From NCBI GenBank assembly GCA_041288095.1, contig JBGGMJ010000181.1:1-49200 (forward strand): a stretch of 49,200 nucleotides of DNA, in the 5' to 3' direction. Below the pieces are notes generated by a model. That model did not search any database. It worked only from the letters and a program-made list of their open reading frames with translations, and was not told the origin of the DNA. This DNA is from Myxococcota bacterium. GTDB taxonomy: Bacteria; Myxococcota; XYA12-FULL-58-9; JALHOP01. The stretch's first letter is position 1, and each line of letters opens with the position of its first letter. Shown one piece after another: positions 9,648 to 18,625 of this stretch. The position numbers and the translations under genes are program-made.

Positions 9648-9937
9648 TTGTTGGCCTTCTTCTTGAACATCCTCAGCATGCGGTCGGTGATGATGAAGCC
9701 GCCGACGACGTTGACGGTCGCGGCACAGACCGCCAGCATTCCCAGCGCCGAGCTGAGCTGACTACGCGCCGATCCAGCGATGACCAGCGCGGCGACGAGC
9801 GACACACCCGAGATGGCGTTGGTGAACGCCATGAGCGGCGTGTGCAGGAGCTGCGGCACCTTGGAGATCACCTGGAAGCCCAAGAAGGCGGCGAGCGTGA
9901 ACACGTAGAGTCCGAACAATAGGCGATCGAGATCCAT
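9644..9937 (-). CDS. pntA: NAD(P) transhydrogenase alpha subunit, membrane part (alpha-2)
   Basis: VPQLLHTPLMAFTNAISG, NVVGGFIITDRMLRMF. Confidence 0.95.
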   Translation of the reverse strand: MDLDRLLFGLYVFTLAAFLGFQVISKVPQLLHTPLMAFTNAISGVSLVAALVIAGSARSQLSSALGMLAVCAATVNVVGGFIITDRMLRMFKKKANK

Positions 9938-9939
9938 GG

Positions 9940-11064
9940 CTACCCCTTCATGGCCTCACGCACTTTGGCGTGCACGACGGCGCCGTCGTGGGTGATGACG
10001 CAGCCGGCGGTGATCTCTTCGGCGAGGTCGATGGACCAAGCCCCGTTCTTGGTGAGGTGCACCAAGAGCTTCTCGATGTTGCGCGAGAAGGCGACGCTCG
10101 CGTGATGAGCGACGTTGCTCGGCGCGTTGGCCGGTCCGATGATGAGCACGCCATGGCGAGTGACGTCGCGCCCGGACTCTGAGCCCTCGACGTTGCCACC
10201 CTGCTCGGCGGCGAGGTCCACGATCACGGACCCAGGCCGCATCGACGCGACTTGCGCGTCGGTCACCAAGCGCGGCGCCTTGCGGCCGGGCACGAGGGCC
10301 GTGGTGATGACGACATCGGCGCGCGCGATGGCTTGCGACACGAGCTGCGCTTGTTTCTGCTTGTAGGCGTCGGATTGCTCGGCGGCGTAACCACCCGCGC
10401 CTTGCGTCACGGCGGCGCCCTCGACGACGAGGAATCTTCCACCAACCGACTCGACTTGCTCGCGCGTCTCCGGCCGCACGTCGGTGGCCTCGACGACAGC
10501 GCCGAGGCGCTTCGCGGTGCCGATCGCTTGCAAGCCCGCGACCCCGGCGCCGATCACCAGCACACGAGCCGGCGTGATCGTGCCCGCGGCGGTCATCAAG
10601 AGGGGAAAAATCTTGGGTAGCCGCGCGGCGGCCGCGACCACCGCCCAGTAGCCGGCGAGGTTCGCCTGCGACGAGAGCACGTCCATGCTCTGCGCCAGCG
10701 TCGTGCGCGGGATCATGTCGAGCGCGATGGTGATCACGCGTTGCTCGGCCGCCGCGCGCACCACGTCGGCGCTGCCGAGCGGATACAACAAGGTGACCAG
10801 CGCCGCGCCACGCTTCAACGAGGTGACAACGTCGGGCGCCGGCCGCTTCACGCAGAGCACGATGTCGGCGGCAAGCACCTCGGCGCGCTCGGCGATAGTC
10901 GCGCCCGCGGCCGTGTACTCCTCATCGCGAAATCCGGCACCGAGCCCGGCTCCGCGCTCGACGCTCACAACGAGCGACTGCGCTGCGAGCTTTTTGACCG
11001 TCTCCGGTACCACCGCAACACGCCGCTCGCCGGCTTCGGTCTCTTTCGTGACCCCGACGCGCAT
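9940..11064 (-). CDS. pntA: NAD(P) transhydrogenase alpha subunit, soluble domain I (alpha-1)
   Basis: GERRVA, AQSMDVLSSQ, GAGVAGLQA, DLAAEQGGN. Confidence 0.95.
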   Translation of the reverse strand: MRVGVTKETEAGERRVAVVPETVKKLAAQSLVVSVERGAGLGAGFRDEEYTAAGATIAERAEVLAADIVLCVKRPAPDVVTSLKRGAALVTLLYPLGSADVVRAAAEQRVITIALDMIPRTTLAQSMDVLSSQANLAGYWAVVAAAARLPKIFPLLMTAAGTITPARVLVIGAGVAGLQAIGTAKRLGAVVEATDVRPETREQVESVGGRFLVVEGAAVTQGAGGYAAEQSDAYKQKQAQLVSQAIARADVVITTALVPGRKAPRLVTDAQVASMRPGSVIVDLAAEQGGNVEGSESGRDVTRHGVLIIGPANAPSNVAHHASVAFSRNIEKLLVHLTKNGAWSIDLAEEITAGCVITHDGAVVHAKVREAMKG

Positions 11065-11134
11065 GGCGGCAGACTACGTCGGGTCGGGGGGGCCTTCCAG
11101 GTTTTCTCGGGGGTTCGGGTAGCCGCGAAGGCAA

Positions 11135-13336
11135 TCAGCGCGGAACACAGGCCGTCGAGCCGCCGCAATACTCGTCGTAGCAGCAGCGTATCGAACAGAT
11201 GCTGCCGCCCACGCAGGCGCCGTCTTGGCACGACGACTCGCCGCAGCGACCGTTGTTGCAGAAGCTGCCGTTGGGCGCGTTGCCGTCGGGCGGGCAATCG
11301 ACCCCGCCGCTACAGTATTCGGCTGCGTTGCAACCATCGTTCGCCGAAGCCCGGCAAATTGCGCTCGAGCGCGCGTCCCCGGGGCAAGAGACGCCGCCAT
11401 CGCAAGCCTCGGCGATATCGCAGATGCCCGCCGCGGCGCGACACGTGGTCCCGGCGGCGACACGCGCGTCCGGACAGGCCGGGCTGTTACCAGGACAGGT
11501 GTCGGCAACGTCGCAATCGCCCTGCGCCCCGCGACAGACATTTCCGCTGGCGTAGGCGTCCCCTGGACAATCGTTGCTGCCGCCGGGGCAGATCTCCGCG
11601 AGATCGCAGTCGCCCGCGGCGGGGCGGCAGACGTAGCCGAAGGAGCGCTTGGTGTCGCCCGGGCAATCGACGCTACCGCCGCTGCAGACCTCGGGGAGAT
11701 CGCAAGCGCCCGCCGCGCCGCGACACGTCGTGCCGGAGCCATGGAGCGCATCGCCGGGACACGCTGGTGAGGCGCCACTGCACGTTTCCGCCGGATCGCA
11801 CACGCCCGCCGAGGCGCGACAAACGGCGCCACCGGCGAACGCATCGCCAGGACATGCCGACGAGCTACCAGTGCAGAACTCGACGAGGTCGCACGGCCCG
11901 GCGGCGCCCCGGCATTGTGTCGACGGCGGTGCGAACGTGTCCGTCGGGCAGTTGATGCCGCTGCCCGAGCAAACCTCGGTCACGTCGCAGATCGACACCG
12001 CCGGGCGACACAACGTCCCGTTCGCAAGCAGGTCGGTGGGGCAAGCGGGCGACGAACCGGAGCAGCTCTCGGGCACGTCACAAGCCCCGGCGCTGGCGCG
12101 GCAGGTCGCCGAGCTATCGAGGAACGTGTTCACCGGGCAGGCCGGAGCACTGCCGGTGCACACCTCGGCGATGTCACACACGCCTCCCGCTTCGCGGCAG
12201 GTGACGCCCGAGCTCACCAACGCGTCCGGCGGGCAGGCGTCGCTCACCCCATCGCAATACTCCACGACGTCGCAGGCCCCGGCGGCGGCGCGGCAGATCG
12301 TGCCCGCGCCTTTACCGGCGCACGGCCGCACGTCGTTGCAGTTGGGCGCGCAAACGCCGCTGCAGCATTGGTCGCCGCTGCCGCACAACGGCGTTCGCAA
12401 GCAGCGATTGTCGCCGCACTGCGCCACCTCGCAAGCGCCCGGGACGCAGTTGTCGGAGTTGCAGGGCTCGGGCGTGCATCCGCTTTCGCGGTCAGCCTCC
12501 GGCGAGCTCGGATCGCAACGCGACACACCACAGACGCTGTCGTCACGCGAAATGAAACATCGACCGACGTCGCAACGCTCCTGCGTACAAGCAAAGCCGT
12601 CGGTGCAATCGTTCTCGACGCCACACTCGACCTGGCGCGCGACGCAACCCGTGCCCGGAATGCAGCGCTCGTCCTCGGCGCACGCGTCGTCGTGACGGCT
12701 CTGCAGGCACAGTCCGCCGATACAGACAGCGGTGGAGCAGTCGCCGAACGAGTTGCAATCGCTATCGAGCGAGCAGACCGCCGGTGGGCAGACATCCGGA
12801 CGGACGGGCGAGCACAAGACGCTGAGGCAGGCGCCGTTCTGACATTGATCTTCGCCGGTACATTGGCGCCCGAGACAATCGCGCGTGACGTAGACCGGGA
12901 TGACGAGGTCACTGAAGGCGCTGAACACCACGCGGCGCTCGGCCCTCGTGACACCTCGCAGCCGCAGGGTCACCACCACTTCATGTTGGCGCTCGGGGGC
13001 GATCTCCTGGAACTGGCCGATCGGCACCGGCGTGAGCAGGTCGTTGGTGACGTTGACGTCGAGACCACGGACCGCATCATCGAGCCTGACGATGATCTGA
13101 TCGAGCTCGTAGCCGGGCACGTAGTCCGTCGACACGGCCACCGATGCCACGAAGGACGTGCCGCTCGAGCATGCGACCTGACAGGCGCCGCTACAGCAGA
13201 GCTGGCTCCCGGGACAGTTCGCGTCGGTGACGCACGGCGCGCCGGTGCTCTCGAAAAGGCCGCAAGCCACCACGACGCAGCAGAACAATGCCGCCGCCAG
13301 GGCCGCCAGGCGCAGATGAGAGGTCGACAGCTTCAT
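11135..13336 (-). CDS. Cys-rich lipoprotein with 11 disintegrin-like tandem repeats
   Basis: Signal peptide with lipobox-like VVAC; repeats CRxxxGxCDxxExCxGxxxxCPxD. Confidence 0.85.
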   Translation of the reverse strand: MKLSTSHLRLAALAAALFCCVVVACGLFESTGAPCVTDANCPGSQLCCSGACQVACSSGTSFVASVAVSTDYVPGYELDQIIVRLDDAVRGLDVNVTNDLLTPVPIGQFQEIAPERQHEVVVTLRLRGVTRAERRVVFSAFSDLVIPVYVTRDCLGRQCTGEDQCQNGACLSVLCSPVRPDVCPPAVCSLDSDCNSFGDCSTAVCIGGLCLQSRHDDACAEDERCIPGTGCVARQVECGVENDCTDGFACTQERCDVGRCFISRDDSVCGVSRCDPSSPEADRESGCTPEPCNSDNCVPGACEVAQCGDNRCLRTPLCGSGDQCCSGVCAPNCNDVRPCAGKGAGTICRAAAGACDVVEYCDGVSDACPPDALVSSGVTCREAGGVCDIAEVCTGSAPACPVNTFLDSSATCRASAGACDVPESCSGSSPACPTDLLANGTLCRPAVSICDVTEVCSGSGINCPTDTFAPPSTQCRGAAGPCDLVEFCTGSSSACPGDAFAGGAVCRASAGVCDPAETCSGASPACPGDALHGSGTTCRGAAGACDLPEVCSGGSVDCPGDTKRSFGYVCRPAAGDCDLAEICPGGSNDCPGDAYASGNVCRGAQGDCDVADTCPGNSPACPDARVAAGTTCRAAAGICDIAEACDGGVSCPGDARSSAICRASANDGCNAAEYCSGGVDCPPDGNAPNGSFCNNGRCGESSCQDGACVGGSICSIRCCYDEYCGGSTACVPR
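11270..12305 (-). repeat. Intragenic tandem repeat, 11 x ~31 codons (disintegrin-like unit)
   Basis: From CRAAAGACDVVEYCDGVSDACPPD to CRASANDGCNAAEYCSGGVDCPPD, counted in the translation; boundaries approximate. Confidence 0.85.
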
Positions 13337-13410
13337 GCTTCAACGTCGGCAAGTGTATCACGGCGGACGCGCGAAATCGGGCCGACGGCCTGTCAGACGC
13401 CCAGGAAACC

Positions 13411-14100
13411 CTAATCAGATTCGAAGCTTACGAGCTCGCTACGAAGCGCGTGGGCGTTCGGATGGCTGTGCGGAAAATGACCGTAGTCCATGGCGGCGAC
13501 GCGGCTGAAGCGAACGTCCTCGGCGAGCGCGTCGAGGGTCCGCGGGGCGATGAAGGGGTCGTCGTTCGACCGCAGGAACAGCGACGGCACCCCGAGGTCG
13601 ATGCGGCGCCTGGCGCCGGGAAGCGCCATCCCCACGAGGCTCGCGAGGATGACCCTGCGGTAGAGAGCGCGCACCCGGGGCATCGCGGTCGCGTACGCCG
13701 GATCGGCCACGGTGCCGATCTCCCGGGCCACGCGCTCGATGCGTTCCCAGGTCGCCGCCTGCATCTTGAACGGGTGGCGGTTCACGAAAACGTTGAAGTC
13801 GTAGACGGCGGTGTTGAAGACGACGACCTTGCAGGGCGGCAGCGCGTCTTTCGCGGCCAACTTGGCCATCGCGAGGAGCGTGAAGATGCCGCCGAAGTCG
13901 TGGCAAACCACGGTCGCGGGCTTGCGCGTCACGATCTCGGTCGCCACCATGGACGCCATAGCGGACACGGTCAGCCGCGACGTGTCGAGCAGCACGCGCG
14001 AGAAAGGCACGACCTCATTGCGGCGATCGCTGGGCAAGAACTCGAGCCACGGCTCGGGCGCACAGGGAAACCCCGGGAACACGAGCCGTAGCTTGCGCAT
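13411..14100 (-). CDS. Alpha/beta fold hydrolase
   Basis: Nucleophile-elbow-like CHDFGG, DDPFI, C-terminal GHFPH. Confidence 0.7.
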   Translation of the reverse strand: MRKLRLVFPGFPCAPEPWLEFLPSDRRNEVVPFSRVLLDTSRLTVSAMASMVATEIVTRKPATVVCHDFGGIFTLLAMAKLAAKDALPPCKVVVFNTAVYDFNVFVNRHPFKMQAATWERIERVAREIGTVADPAYATAMPRVRALYRRVILASLVGMALPGARRRIDLGVPSLFLRSNDDPFIAPRTLDALAEDVRFSRVAAMDYGHFPHSHPNAHALRSELVSFESD

Positions 14101-14118
14101 GCGCGCGGAGTCTTACGC

Positions 14119-14541
14119 TTAAACGAGGCTCGCTTCGAGGGTGATCTTCGTGGCGGCGAGCGCCTTCGAGACCGGGCAGTTCTTCTTGGTCTCCTCGGCG
14201 ATGCCCTTGAATTTGGCCGCGTCGACGCCCTTCAAGCTGACCTTCGTCGTCAGCATGATGTTGGTGATGGCAAAGCCCGCTTCGACCTTGTCGAGGCTTA
14301 CTTTGGCCGAGGTGTCGATCTTCACGTCGGTGGCGCCGGCCGTCGCCAAGCCGAGCGACAACGCCATCGAGAAGCAACCGGCGAGCGCCGCGCCGACCAT
14401 CTCCTCGGGGTTCGTCCCCTTCTCACCCTCGAAGCGGGTCTTGAAGCTGAAGGGTGCAGTCGGACCGTTCGCGGGTTTCATCTCGCCCGTACCGGTCTTG
14501 AGGTCGCCATTCCAGGTCGCGGAAGCATTCGAAATCGACAT
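14119..14541 (-). CDS. osmC: OsmC family peroxiredoxin
   Basis: ATWNGDLKTGTG, TRFEGEKGTNPEE, GCFSMALS, NCPVSKAL; AAGGA RBS before the 14541 ATG. Confidence 0.93.
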   Translation of the reverse strand: MSISNASATWNGDLKTGTGEMKPANGPTAPFSFKTRFEGEKGTNPEEMVGAALAGCFSMALSLGLATAGATDVKIDTSAKVSLDKVEAGFAITNIMLTTKVSLKGVDAAKFKGIAEETKKNCPVSKALAATKITLEASLV

Positions 14542-14657
14542 TGCAGGTCCTTTGGTTGAAAACGCGGCTGGCAAGCTGCGACCGAACGAGTGCCAAGTCC
14601 AGTGCAACCTTAACTAGCACCGACCATGCGTTGTCATTTACGATGGCGGCGCTCGTC

Positions 14658-16379
14658 ATGCGCATCGCCCAATCGCTTGCCGCCGTTGCCCTTTTGGCCG
14701 GTCTCGTCACGACCGCGGAGGCCTATGCGCAAACAGCCGACGTGTCGCGCTTCCGCACGCCCATCACCGCGCGCGGCGGCATCGGTATCGAAGGCGCGCA
14801 GACGCTGACGCCGGGCTCGCTTGCGGCCGGCTTGTTGCTCGACTACGCGCACAACCCGGTGGTCTGGCGTTATTCGTTCGGCGCCTACGAGCCGGTGCTC
14901 GAGCACCAGTACATCCTCGACGCCACCTTCGCGGTCGGCATCGTCCACGGCATCGACGTCGGCGTGGTGCTGCCTCTCGTGCTCACTCAGAACGGTCCCA
15001 CCGGCGCCGGCCTCGGAGATCTCTCGGCCTCGGGCATCGGCGACATTCGTCTCGTGCCGCGCGTCGCGTTGACCAACGAGAACGAGTGGGGCTTCAGCTC
15101 CGCGTTCGTCCCCGAATTCACCTTGCCTACCGGCAACGACGCGCGCTTCACCGGCGATCCCGGCTTTTCGTTCCGCCCGCGTTTGGTCGCGAGCGTCCCC
15201 TTCTCCTTCCTCCGCTTCAACGGATCGCTCGCCTACCGTGCGCGCAAGAATGCCGACATTCGCCCCGATGGCGTCGGCCCCGCCACCGCGGCGCGCCAGG
15301 GTGTCGACGTCGGCAACGAGATCGAGTTCCAGTTCGGCATCGACGCCGAGGTCGCGGACGCTCCCATTCCGGTGTACGTCCTCGCCGAGCTCTCGGGCTA
15401 CACCTCCGCGGCACACGCCTTCTCGGGTGACGGTCTCTTCGGTCTCGAAGTCCTAGGCGGCGCCCGCGCCCGCTTCGCGGATCTCGTGGACGTCACCGCT
15501 GGCATCGGCGCCGGTACCAGCCAAGGCATCGGCACGCCGATGTGGCGCGGCATCCTCGCCGTCAACATCCAGCGCAGCGACAGCGATCGCGACCACGATG
15601 GCATCCCCGACCGCGTCGACGCCTGCCCGGACGATCCCGAAGACATGGACGGCCACGACGATCTCGACGGCTGCCCGGATCCCGACAACGACGGCGACGG
15701 CATCGTCGATCAGAAGGACCGCTGCCCGAACGAGCCCGAGACCGTGAACGGTATCGCGGACAAGGACGGCTGCCCCGACGGCCTCATCACCGACAAGGAC
15801 GGCGACGGCATCCCGGACAACGTCGACAAGTGCCCGCTCGATCCCGAAGACATCGACGGCTTCAACGACGAGGACGGCTGCCCGGATCCGGACAACGACC
15901 GCGACGGCATCGTCGACGAGCTCGACCAGTGCCCGAGCGAGCGCGAGACCATCAACGGCGTCAACGACTACGACGGCTGCCCCGACGACGGCGCTGGCGC
16001 GACCGAATACGTCGAGAACGAGCGCATCCTCATCAACCAGACGGTCAACTTCGAGACCGGCAAGTCCATCATCAAAGAGGACTCGAAGTCGCTGCTCGAT
16101 CAGGTGGCGCTGCAGATCCTCGCGCACGACGAGATCAAGAGCATCCGCGTCGAAGGCCACACCGACAGCGTCGGCCCAGACGAGGACAACCTCATCCTGA
16201 GCCAGGACCGCGCCGACTCGGTGCGCCGCTACCTCATCAACCGCGGCGTGCCTTCCGACAAGCTACTCGCCACGGGCTACGGCGAGACCAAGCCCATCGA
16301 CACCAACAACACCTCGGCAGGCCGCGCCCGTAATCGCCGCGTCGAGTTCGTCATCATCGAGAACCCGAGCGAGCAATGA
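14658..16379 (+). CDS. Outer-membrane protein: beta-barrel, thrombospondin type-3 repeats, OmpA C-terminal domain
   Basis: Signal peptide; DxDxDGIxDxxDxCP repeats; VEGHTD, LSQDRA, GYGETKP, RARNRRVEF; alternative start at 14643. Confidence 0.9.
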   Translation: MRIAQSLAAVALLAGLVTTAEAYAQTADVSRFRTPITARGGIGIEGAQTLTPGSLAAGLLLDYAHNPVVWRYSFGAYEPVLEHQYILDATFAVGIVHGIDVGVVLPLVLTQNGPTGAGLGDLSASGIGDIRLVPRVALTNENEWGFSSAFVPEFTLPTGNDARFTGDPGFSFRPRLVASVPFSFLRFNGSLAYRARKNADIRPDGVGPATAARQGVDVGNEIEFQFGIDAEVADAPIPVYVLAELSGYTSAAHAFSGDGLFGLEVLGGARARFADLVDVTAGIGAGTSQGIGTPMWRGILAVNIQRSDSDRDHDGIPDRVDACPDDPEDMDGHDDLDGCPDPDNDGDGIVDQKDRCPNEPETVNGIADKDGCPDGLITDKDGDGIPDNVDKCPLDPEDIDGFNDEDGCPDPDNDRDGIVDELDQCPSERETINGVNDYDGCPDDGAGATEYVENERILINQTVNFETGKSIIKEDSKSLLDQVALQILAHDEIKSIRVEGHTDSVGPDEDNLILSQDRADSVRRYLINRGVPSDKLLATGYGETKPIDTNNTSAGRARNRRVEFVIIENPSEQ

Positions 16380-17086
16380 AGCTCCGGCGGCTGCGGGTTC
16401 CGTCGCTCGCCGGCGACGAGCTCGGCCTCGTGTCCGCTCAAGCGCACTACGTACGTGACGTCTTGCGGCTCGGCCCCGGAACGGTCGTCGAGCTCTTCGA
16501 CGGGCACGGCAACGCGGCCAAGGCGACGCTGCTGCAGGTCGACCCCGGGGCGGTGCGCGTGCGCATCGACGCGCGCTATCAAGGCGAGGCGGCGGCCGCC
16601 GTCACCATCGCCATGGCGACACCCAAGGGCGACCGCGCCGATTGGGCCGTCGAGAAGCTGACCGAGCTTGGGGTGAGGCGCCTGGTGTGGCTGATCTGCG
16701 AGCGCAGCGTCGCGGTCCCCCGTGAAGACGGAAAGAAGCTCGCCCGCTGGGAGCGCCTCGCCGAGGCCGCGGCCGGCCAATCGGGACGCAGCGACGTCCC
16801 AGTCATCGAAGCGCCGATGCCGTTCGCGGACGCTGTCGCGGAGCTCGGCGGCGGCGCCATCGCTCACATGGGTGGCGAGTCCCTCGTCAAGCTAGTCGCG
16901 GCACAGCCGGAGCTGCCGCTGGTCTGCCTGATAGGTCCCGAAGGAGGCTTCACGAACAGCGAGCTCGAGACCGCAACCGCCGCGGGCTACCTTCGCGTCG
17001 GGCTCGCGCGCCACGTCTTGCGTAGCGAGACCGCCGCCATGGCCGCCGCTATTGCGTTGAGCAACGCCAGCCGTGACCCGTCCTGA
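16376..17086 (+). CDS. rsmE: 16S rRNA m3U1498 methyltransferase
   Basis: AHYVRDVLRL, VEKLTELGV, EAAAGQSGR, IGPEGGFT, VLRSETAA; ATGA overlap with the upstream gene. Confidence 0.93.
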   Translation: MKLRRLRVPSLAGDELGLVSAQAHYVRDVLRLGPGTVVELFDGHGNAAKATLLQVDPGAVRVRIDARYQGEAAAAVTIAMATPKGDRADWAVEKLTELGVRRLVWLICERSVAVPREDGKKLARWERLAEAAAGQSGRSDVPVIEAPMPFADAVAELGGGAIAHMGGESLVKLVAAQPELPLVCLIGPEGGFTNSELETATAAGYLRVGLARHVLRSETAAMAAAIALSNASRDPS

Positions 17087-17091
17087 CGCGC

Positions 17092-18396
17092 TCAACCCAC
17101 CTTGGGCGTCGCTGACAAGGGACCAAACAAGGGGCGAAAGCGGCGGACTTCGCGCAGCTTGCTGATCACGACTTGCACGACTTGCGGTGCCGCATACAGA
17201 GGCTCGCTGAAGACGCGCACGCGCGTGCCGAAGGCGGCCGCGGTCGCTATGCGCTTGGGAATGTGACGCCTCGAGACCCTCCGCCAGAGCCGAGTGAACA
17301 ATCCAAGCTTGTCCCTCTCGCGGTCGGGAGACAGACCCAACATGACGAGCTTGCTTAACGCGACAGGGATCTCGGGCCGCAGCTCATGCGGTGGTCGAAC
17401 GTCGTACTTGCGAACACGCTTGTGGATCGCCGGCACGTCCTCGGCGTCGAAGGCGCGGACGTTCGTGAGCATTTCGTAGAGCACCGCCGACAGCGCAAAC
17501 ACATCCGAGTCGGGACTTACCTTCCCACCGACGATCTGTTCCGGTGGCTGATAGAGAGCCTTCCCGACGATGGCCCCGTCTCCGCCAGTCAGCGAGCCCA
17601 CGTGCGCGACGCCAAAGTCGGTCAGCTTCACCACACCGGCGGCCGAAATGAGAATGTTGCTGGGAGTGACATCACGATGCACGATCCCGGGCCGCGCTCC
17701 GTCGGGGCCCCGATACGTGTGAACGTACTCCAGCGCGTTGGCCACGAGCCCCGCGACATAACAGCAAAAATCGATCGGCAGCTTGAGGTTGGCCTCGGCG
17801 CAGGCATCGAGCAGGTCGGCGATGCTACCGGCCTCGAGGTACTCCATGGCGATGAAATAGGTCGAGCCAACCATGCCGGCCTGGATGACTTTGACGATGC
17901 CCGGGTGGTCGAGCATCCGCGTGAGGTCGGCTTCGTTCAGGAACAGCTCTTGGAGAGTCGAGTCGAGAGCGACCTTTGGAGAGAGTCGCTTGAGAGCCAC
18001 AATCTGACCCCGATGAGGCCCGCGCCTGACCAGAGCTCGATACACTTCCGCCATGGCTCCAGTGCCAATGAGAGCCTCGATAACGAAGTCGCCAAAGGCA
18101 TTCTGATCGTGGAACAGACGGGCGACGAGCGCGGACACCGCGGGCGGCTGCTCGATGTACTCCAGCCGGATGCGATCCGCCTCGTAGGCACGTACGACCA
18201 TGCGGCACGGAGGGAGCTCATGGCCAACGACGATCTGGAGCTCGACGTCGGAGTTGAGAGGCAGCCTCTCCTCCGGTTGCACGAGCATGCTGTCCAAGCT
18301 CAGGCTGACGGTCTCGCCGGCGATGAAGCCCTGCTTCCCTTGGCGACGGATGCGCACAGGAAAGCTGACCGCGGTCGGAGCTTTGCGGTCGGTCAT
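17092..18396 (-). CDS. Hanks-type Ser/Thr protein kinase with N-terminal PilZ-like domain
   Basis: GTGAMAEVY, VALKR, HRDVTPSN, DFG, SDVFA; N-terminal beta-rich PilZ-like pattern; start at an ATGA overlap. Confidence 0.88.
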   Translation of the reverse strand: MTDRKAPTAVSFPVRIRRQGKQGFIAGETVSLSLDSMLVQPEERLPLNSDVELQIVVGHELPPCRMVVRAYEADRIRLEYIEQPPAVSALVARLFHDQNAFGDFVIEALIGTGAMAEVYRALVRRGPHRGQIVALKRLSPKVALDSTLQELFLNEADLTRMLDHPGIVKVIQAGMVGSTYFIAMEYLEAGSIADLLDACAEANLKLPIDFCCYVAGLVANALEYVHTYRGPDGARPGIVHRDVTPSNILISAAGVVKLTDFGVAHVGSLTGGDGAIVGKALYQPPEQIVGGKVSPDSDVFALSAVLYEMLTNVRAFDAEDVPAIHKRVRKYDVRPPHELRPEIPVALSKLVMLGLSPDRERDKLGLFTRLWRRVSRRHIPKRIATAAAFGTRVRVFSEPLYAAPQVVQVVISKLREVRRFRPLFGPLSATPKVG

Positions 18397-18545
18397 CGTA
18401 GCTTGGTGATACTGAACCACAGGGCGGCCGCGGCCGCTATCGCAACCACGATACCGACGGCAGTCCACGCCCAAGGACGGCGGGCTTGCGTCTTCTTGAG
18501 CAGGTACGCGGTCTCGAGCTTCTGGTCTCGATCTGGCTTCGCCAT
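18393..18545 (-). CDS. Small single-pass membrane protein
   Basis: AAGGAG before ATG; hydrophobic WTAVGIVVAIAAAAALWF; stop overlaps the kinase start (ATGA). Confidence 0.65.
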   Translation of the reverse strand: MAKPDRDQKLETAYLLKKTQARRPWAWTAVGIVVAIAAAAALWFSITKLR

Positions 18546-18625
18546 AGTCTCCTTCATCTTACGCTCGATCTCGCCCAACTGGAAACGACCGGCGCCGCGG
18601 GCTACAGTCGCGTCGGATAAGTCAC

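Noticed and set aside
9644..11064. pntA in two pieces as a pseudogene
   Set aside because: Split alpha-1/alpha-2 transhydrogenase is a normal arrangement and both ORFs are intact
11135..16379. Cys-rich protein plus OmpA/TSP3 protein as a TraA/TraB outer-membrane-exchange pair
   Set aside because: The genes are divergent and separated by two others; the Cys-rich protein has a lipobox rather than a MYXO-CTERM anchor; OmpA/TSP3 paralogs are common
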